DNA of 62,917 nucleotides, counting the filler, from Candidatus Woesearchaeota archaeon (GTDB lineage: Archaea; Nanobdellota; Nanobdellia; Pacearchaeales; UBA284), in assembly GCA_964354405.1 (NCBI GenBank). It is 6 parts of 6 records of this genome, joined end to end, with 100 filler letters (N's around TTAATTAATTAA, not from the genome) between each part and the next. Parts side by side here need not be neighbours in the genome. Positions count along the whole stretch, not along the records: positions 52,984 to 60,451 come from CAYGZP010000010.1; positions 60,552 to 62,917 come from CAYGZP010000018.1; 4 more parts are not named here. One strand, given 5' to 3'. The stretch's first letter is position 1. Every line of letters starts with the position of its first letter. A program made the position numbers and the translations under genes. Under the pieces are notes generated by a model. It was not told the DNA's origin. It did no database searches and saw only the letters and a program-made list of their open reading frames with translations. Positions 58,155 to 62,917 of this stretch are shown one piece after another.

Positions 58155-60451
58155 ATGAAATTGCTAAGGAAAATTGCACCTTTGGCAGTAGGATTACTGT
58201 TTATAGGCGCATCCGTAGCAGCCGCAGATTTATCCGCATGGAAAGTTTCATTTCCAGGCACTGACACAGCTGTAGTAGTCGGCGCAGGCGCAGCAGCTCA
58301 AGATACTCTTGGAGCAGTTCACATTGCTAACGCAATAGGAACAGTTCAAGGAGGCACAGCCCCTGTAGCAGGAGCTCACTTGATTGAAGCACCTGGTGAC
58401 GACTTTAACTATGGCGAAGAGTTCTTAGACATTGAAGCTGAAGGACTTTCAGATACAGATTTGCCAATCTTATTGGCAGATGGTAATTACAGAGAGTCAA
58501 GAGGTAACAACGAAAACGAAGAAACTTACACCCAAACTTTAGAATTTGTAGCTGGCACTGACACAGTGGTTTTTGATGCAGATGAGAATGATGCAAAAGA
58601 AACCGCAGACACCTATTTGTTTATAGATAAGACTATAGATGCCTACACATACACATTAGAATTTGACGATGCTATAGACTATGATGGAGCACTCGCTGTA
58701 GATACAGACGAGGACTTCGAGCTATCCAAGATTAAAATACTTGGAAGAGAATATACTATCGTAGATGCTAATGATGATGTAGCAGCAGACGGTGCTGTTG
58801 ACGAACTTGTCTTAATGGCAGGGGCAGTCAAAACTTCTCAATGGGAGTATAGCAAGGCAACTTACACTCTCGCTGACAAAACTTACGAAGTTGAAGTCAA
58901 GATCATTAGCGATGACGATAGCACAGCTATCTTAGTCATTAATGGTGAGGAAACTGACGAGATGGAAGAAGGCGATACTTACACCCTTGAGGATGATACA
59001 AGAGTCGGTGTTGTGGATGTTGTTCCAAACGAAGGAGCTGAGAAATCAACTGGCACAAGTGAAGGTAATGATTTAGTTACTTTCTTCTTGGGAGCTGAAA
59101 AGATAGATTTAATAAATAACGACGAAGTTGAAATCAACGGCGAAGCTGTTGAAGACTCAAATGTATTTTTCGACAATAACGTCCCAGTAGCTAACGCATT
59201 AACAACTATTGAAATAACAGCTCAACCAGAAGATGACCTTTATATTGGTAAAGATGAAGCTTGGACAGATCCTGTATTAGGTAGATTCAAATACACTCTA
59301 CAGGGCTTGGACAAGAACACTGAACTAATCGAAGGAAAAGTTACAACAAGTGACGATGGCAACATCAAATTGGAGAACAATGCAGGTGACGAGATTGAAA
59401 TTCCAGTTGTAATGGACGCTGTAACAGACTTTGTGTTCCCAGGTGACGAGTTAGTAGATGACACATGGGCATGCACAAAGCAAGACGGAGAAGTTATAAC
59501 TCCAGGAGCAGCAGGTGGTGGAACAGCAAGCGGTGGTAATTTGCTTATAGCAGATACAGACCAATTTGTTGTAGACAACTCTCTTGGAAATACAATTGAC
59601 GATGCTGAATTCACGGCTCTAGTTGTATCAATTGGCGGAGAGGCAAGAATCATCACAATAGATGACGTTGATAATGTAACCAACACCTATGATGCAGCTG
59701 ACGAATACGGCAACTCATGGGATGATTTGACATTCGGAGTAGCTGAAGCACTTAGTGGCTTTACAACAATTACATTGACTTTGGATAACGCAGCAGGAGA
59801 CGATGGATGTGATGTAGGAACAGTAGGAGCAGATGATGTAAAAATCACTGCAACAAACATCAACAATTTTGTTGGTGGTGGAGTCGGTGGCGCAGAGCCA
59901 GACTTTGAAACATCACTTGCAGGAGAAGTTGGTGTTGAATTTGACATCGCAGGAGGAGATGGCTTCGTACAAGTCTATCTTTTCAACAACGATGGCGAGT
60001 CATTAGTAGAAACTGCAGTTCCAGGAACAGACATCTTGTTTAACTTTGAAGATGATCTTCCAGCAGCAGTTGGTGGTGACTTGATCATAGACGCAGACCC
60101 TAATGCAAACCTTAACTGGGTTTCTAAAGAAGAAGACTCAGACTATGACATGGCTATTGACAACCACGATTTTGTGGCTGGCGATGTAGGTCCATACTGG
60201 GGAGCTATCTTCACATACGATGATGGCGCAGACGAGCCTAGTAGCTTTGTCGCAGAATATCCAGAAGAGGAAGTCATCGTGAAAGCATATGTGTCAGAGA
60301 TACTGACAACAATTCCAGAGCTAGCTGCAGGTGGCGGAACAGGCGCTGTAACACCAGTTCTTGACACTGACATCGATGATGTTAAGGACAAGAATATAGT
60401 TGTTATGGGCGGAACTGCTATCAACAGAGTAGCTGCTGAAATGTTAGACGT
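58155..60451 (+). CDS. S-layer protein (3' truncated)
   Basis: GGAGGT SD, signal peptide, VVG..A...D, very acidic, N...GG..IN near C-terminus. Confidence 0.8.
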
Positions 60452-60583
60452 NNNNNNNNNNNNNNNNNNNNNNNNNNNNNNNNNNNNNNNNNNNNTTAAT
60501 TAATTAANNNNNNNNNNNNNNNNNNNNNNNNNNNNNNNNNNNNNNNNNNNNTTTTGTTAAAATTGAGGTTTTGTTAATTTAAT

Positions 60584-61309
60584 ATGGAAATGGAAATGCA
60601 GCACCAGGTTATGGGTTATGACAGAGCAAGCACTATGTTCTCGCCTGACGGTAGGATTCTGCAGGTGGAATATGCCGAGAAAACTGTCAGACTTGGAAGC
60701 GCGAGCATCGGAATAGTTTGTTCTGACGGAGTTGTTATATTATCAGACAAAAGAATCTCTGATTCGTTAGTTGTGCCTGAATCTTCAATAAAGATATGGG
60801 AGATTGATACAAATATTATCGCGAGCGCAGCAGGCATTTTATCTGACGCAAGAGTTCTCATAGAGAAAGCCCAAGTGACTGCACAGCAGCATCGAGTAAC
60901 TTATGACGAGCCAATTGATACAGAATCGATTATCAAGGAAATAGCGAACATCAAGCAAGCCTATACTCAGTATGGCGGAGCAAGACCCTTTGGAATAGAA
61001 GTCATGATTGCAGGAGTGAATTTAAATGGCGATTGCAGAGTTTATGTAAGCGATGTCACAGGAAATTATACGGGCTATAGAGCGACTGCAATAGGCGAAA
61101 ACGATGAGAGAATCAAAGAACTTTTGAGAAGCGATTATCGAGATGGTTTGACTGTGGAGCAAGGAATCAGACTTGCCTTGAGCATATTCAAGAAAGTCTT
61201 GGGGAAAAATTTCAATATGTCAAGATTTGAAGCAGCTTTCGTGAAGAAAGACGAAAAGAAAGTTAAGAGAATCTCGAGCGAGCTATTAACAAAATACTCC
61301 AAACAATAA
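60584..61309 (+). CDS. psmA: Proteasome alpha subunit
   Basis: GYDRA.TMFSPDGR..QVEYA, TQYGG.RPFG. Confidence 0.96.
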   Translation: MEMEMQHQVMGYDRASTMFSPDGRILQVEYAEKTVRLGSASIGIVCSDGVVILSDKRISDSLVVPESSIKIWEIDTNIIASAAGILSDARVLIEKAQVTAQQHRVTYDEPIDTESIIKEIANIKQAYTQYGGARPFGIEVMIAGVNLNGDCRVYVSDVTGNYTGYRATAIGENDERIKELLRSDYRDGLTVEQGIRLALSIFKKVLGKNFNMSRFEAAFVKKDEKKVKRISSELLTKYSKQ

Positions 61310-61361
61310 TTATAATCAATATAATCTGATTAATAACTAAAATAAATTAATTTTTTCTAAA

Positions 61362-62057
61362 ATGGTTGATGTTGCTGCACGAATTAAACTGAAGAACAAG
61401 AATTTTGAGATAATTGTCGATTGTGACAAGGCTTTAGCGCTGAAAAAACAGGGCAAGATAGAAGGAAAGATGTTAAGAGATGTCTTGGCTATAGACACTG
61501 TGTTCACTGATTACAAGAGGGGATTCAAGGCAAGTTTGAGCGACATGAAAGATGCTTTCGCAACTGACAATAGTTCTGATGTCGCTGCCAAGATTTTGAA
61601 TGATGGCGAGATTCTATTGCCGCAAGAATATCGAGACAAGGCAAGAGAGCAGAAAGTCAAGGCAATAGTTGATTTTTTAGCAAGAAACTGTATGGATCCA
61701 AGGACTAACGCGCCTTATACTGCTGACAGAATCAGCGCGGCAATGAAAGAAGTAGGAGTTAGAATTGATGAACATAAAGGAGTTGATGAGCAAGCGTTGA
61801 TTGTAATCAAGGATTTGGAGAAAGTGATGCCTATAAGGATCTCTGTTAAGAGGATAAAGATTATTGTGCCTCCTGCTTATGTCGGGCATGTCTATGGATT
61901 GTTAAAAGGCCTGACTAAAGAAAAAGAGGACTGGCTTAATGATGGCTCAATGTCTTGTGTTATCTCACTGCCCGCAGGAATGCAGCTTGAGTTTTATGAC
62001 AAGTTGAACAATGCTACTCATGGCTCTGCAATCACAGAAGAAATAAAAGAGCAATAA
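61362..62057 (+). CDS. Ribosome assembly factor SBDS/Sdo1
   Basis: FEI.VD, DPRT..P....RI..AM, PAG.Q..F.DKLN..THG. Confidence 0.93.
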   Translation: MVDVAARIKLKNKNFEIIVDCDKALALKKQGKIEGKMLRDVLAIDTVFTDYKRGFKASLSDMKDAFATDNSSDVAAKILNDGEILLPQEYRDKAREQKVKAIVDFLARNCMDPRTNAPYTADRISAAMKEVGVRIDEHKGVDEQALIVIKDLEKVMPIRISVKRIKIIVPPAYVGHVYGLLKGLTKEKEDWLNDGSMSCVISLPAGMQLEFYDKLNNATHGSAITEEIKEQ

Positions 62058-62201
62058 AAAAGAACAATAAAACAATAAAAATCATCAAGAAAAAATAACA
62101 AAATAAATACAAAGATTTAAAAACAAGGAAAAGAAAAAAGAAAGATAAGAAAATAAAAATATAAAATGATAGCGGAAAAAACAATGAAAAAAGAGGTTGA
62201 G

Positions 62202-62917
62202 ATGACTAATAATGTAGAAAACGGAGAAGTAAACAGTAGCTCGGAGAAAGAGCGAGTTGTTGTGGCTCCTGGAGAAACTGTTGCAGAAGGCATGTCTTTC
62301 TTGCCTGGTGAAGGCACTAAACGAGATGGAAATGAAATAATCTCGTTGAAGTTCGGCTTGCTTGAGAAACAAGATAAGCTTGTCAAAGTAATTCCTTTGA
62401 GCGGGGCTTATATCCCTCGCATAGGCAATACAGTTGTAGGAGAGATAATTGATGTCACATTCAATGGATGGATTGTTGATATTGCGTCTCCGCAATTGGC
62501 TTTTTTGCCTGTTGCTGAGCTTTTTGGATTTATCAACAAGAGAGATTTGACAGAGACTTTTGATTTCCACAATATCATTGTAACGAAGATTAAATCTGTA
62601 AAATCAAGAGGAGTAGACTTGACTATGAAAGAAAGAGGTTTGAAAGATTTACAAGGCGGAATGATAGTTCAAGTTAATCCAACCCGGGTTCCACGAGTCA
62701 TCGGAAGAGCAGGAAGCATGGTCAGTGTTATTAAAGAAGAGACCGGATGCAATATAATCGTGGGACAGAACGGAATTATATGGCTGAAAGGCGCGAGTGT
62801 TGAGAACGAGCTTTTAGCGAAAGAAGCCATTGATTTAATTGTCGAAAAACCATTTACAGAAGGCTTGACTGAGAAAGTCAAGGCTTTCCTGGAGAAGAAG
62901 AGAAAAGAAATAAAGCC
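62202..62917 (+). CDS. rrp4: Exosome complex component Rrp4 (3' truncated)
   Basis: VVAPGE, VIPLSGAYIP..G..VVG, KH motif VPRVIGR.GSM, VGQNG.IW; follows psmA-SBDS. Confidence 0.92.
   Translation, partial: MTNNVENGEVNSSSEKERVVVAPGETVAEGMSFLPGEGTKRDGNEIISLKFGLLEKQDKLVKVIPLSGAYIPRIGNTVVGEIIDVTFNGWIVDIASPQLAFLPVAELFGFINKRDLTETFDFHNIIVTKIKSVKSRGVDLTMKERGLKDLQGGMIVQVNPTRVPRVIGRAGSMVSVIKEETGCNIIVGQNGIIWLKGASVENELLAKEAIDLIVEKPFTEGLTEKVKAFLEKKRKEIK

Noticed and set aside
62085..62881. Minus-strand ORFs at the window end
   Set aside because: The plus strand encodes Rrp4, missed by the track because it has no stop in the window

Overview
The window is six contigs joined by N-runs carrying an artificial TTAATTAATTAA linker (gaps near 18998-19097, 36452-36551, 44758-44857, 52884-52983 and 60452-60551). 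Five contigs are AT-rich and archaeal, with a gene set typical of DPANN (Pacearchaeota/Woesearchaeota-like; lineage is inferred). They carry rpoE, spt4, rps24e, rps27ae, aRF1, valS, gatE, aspS, pheT, proteasome alpha/beta, SBDS, rrp4, class III signal-peptide pilin-like genes, an S-layer gene, an Fe-S/thiol-redox cluster, five tRNAs (Tyr with an intron) and a stand-alone 23S rRNA. Highlights: (1) a group I intron at 23S position L1931 whose P6 loop holds a 69-aa two-helix membrane ORF rather than a homing endonuclease; (2) a tight four-gene island after the 23S gene (unknown, Fe-S HhH-GPD glycosylase-like, atypical radical SAM, HTH-nuclease); (3) a GC-rich contig (36552-44757) with an intI remnant, attI and five attC-bounded cassettes enriched in nuclease/RM genes, including a ~4.8-kb three-gene cassette, probably bacterial and possibly mis-binned; (4) a LAGLIDADG intein in the Walker A motif of a HerA-like ATPase; (5) several candidate structured RNAs, micro-ORFs and a dispersed 30-bp intergenic hairpin. 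All calls come from reading motifs by eye; no searches were run.
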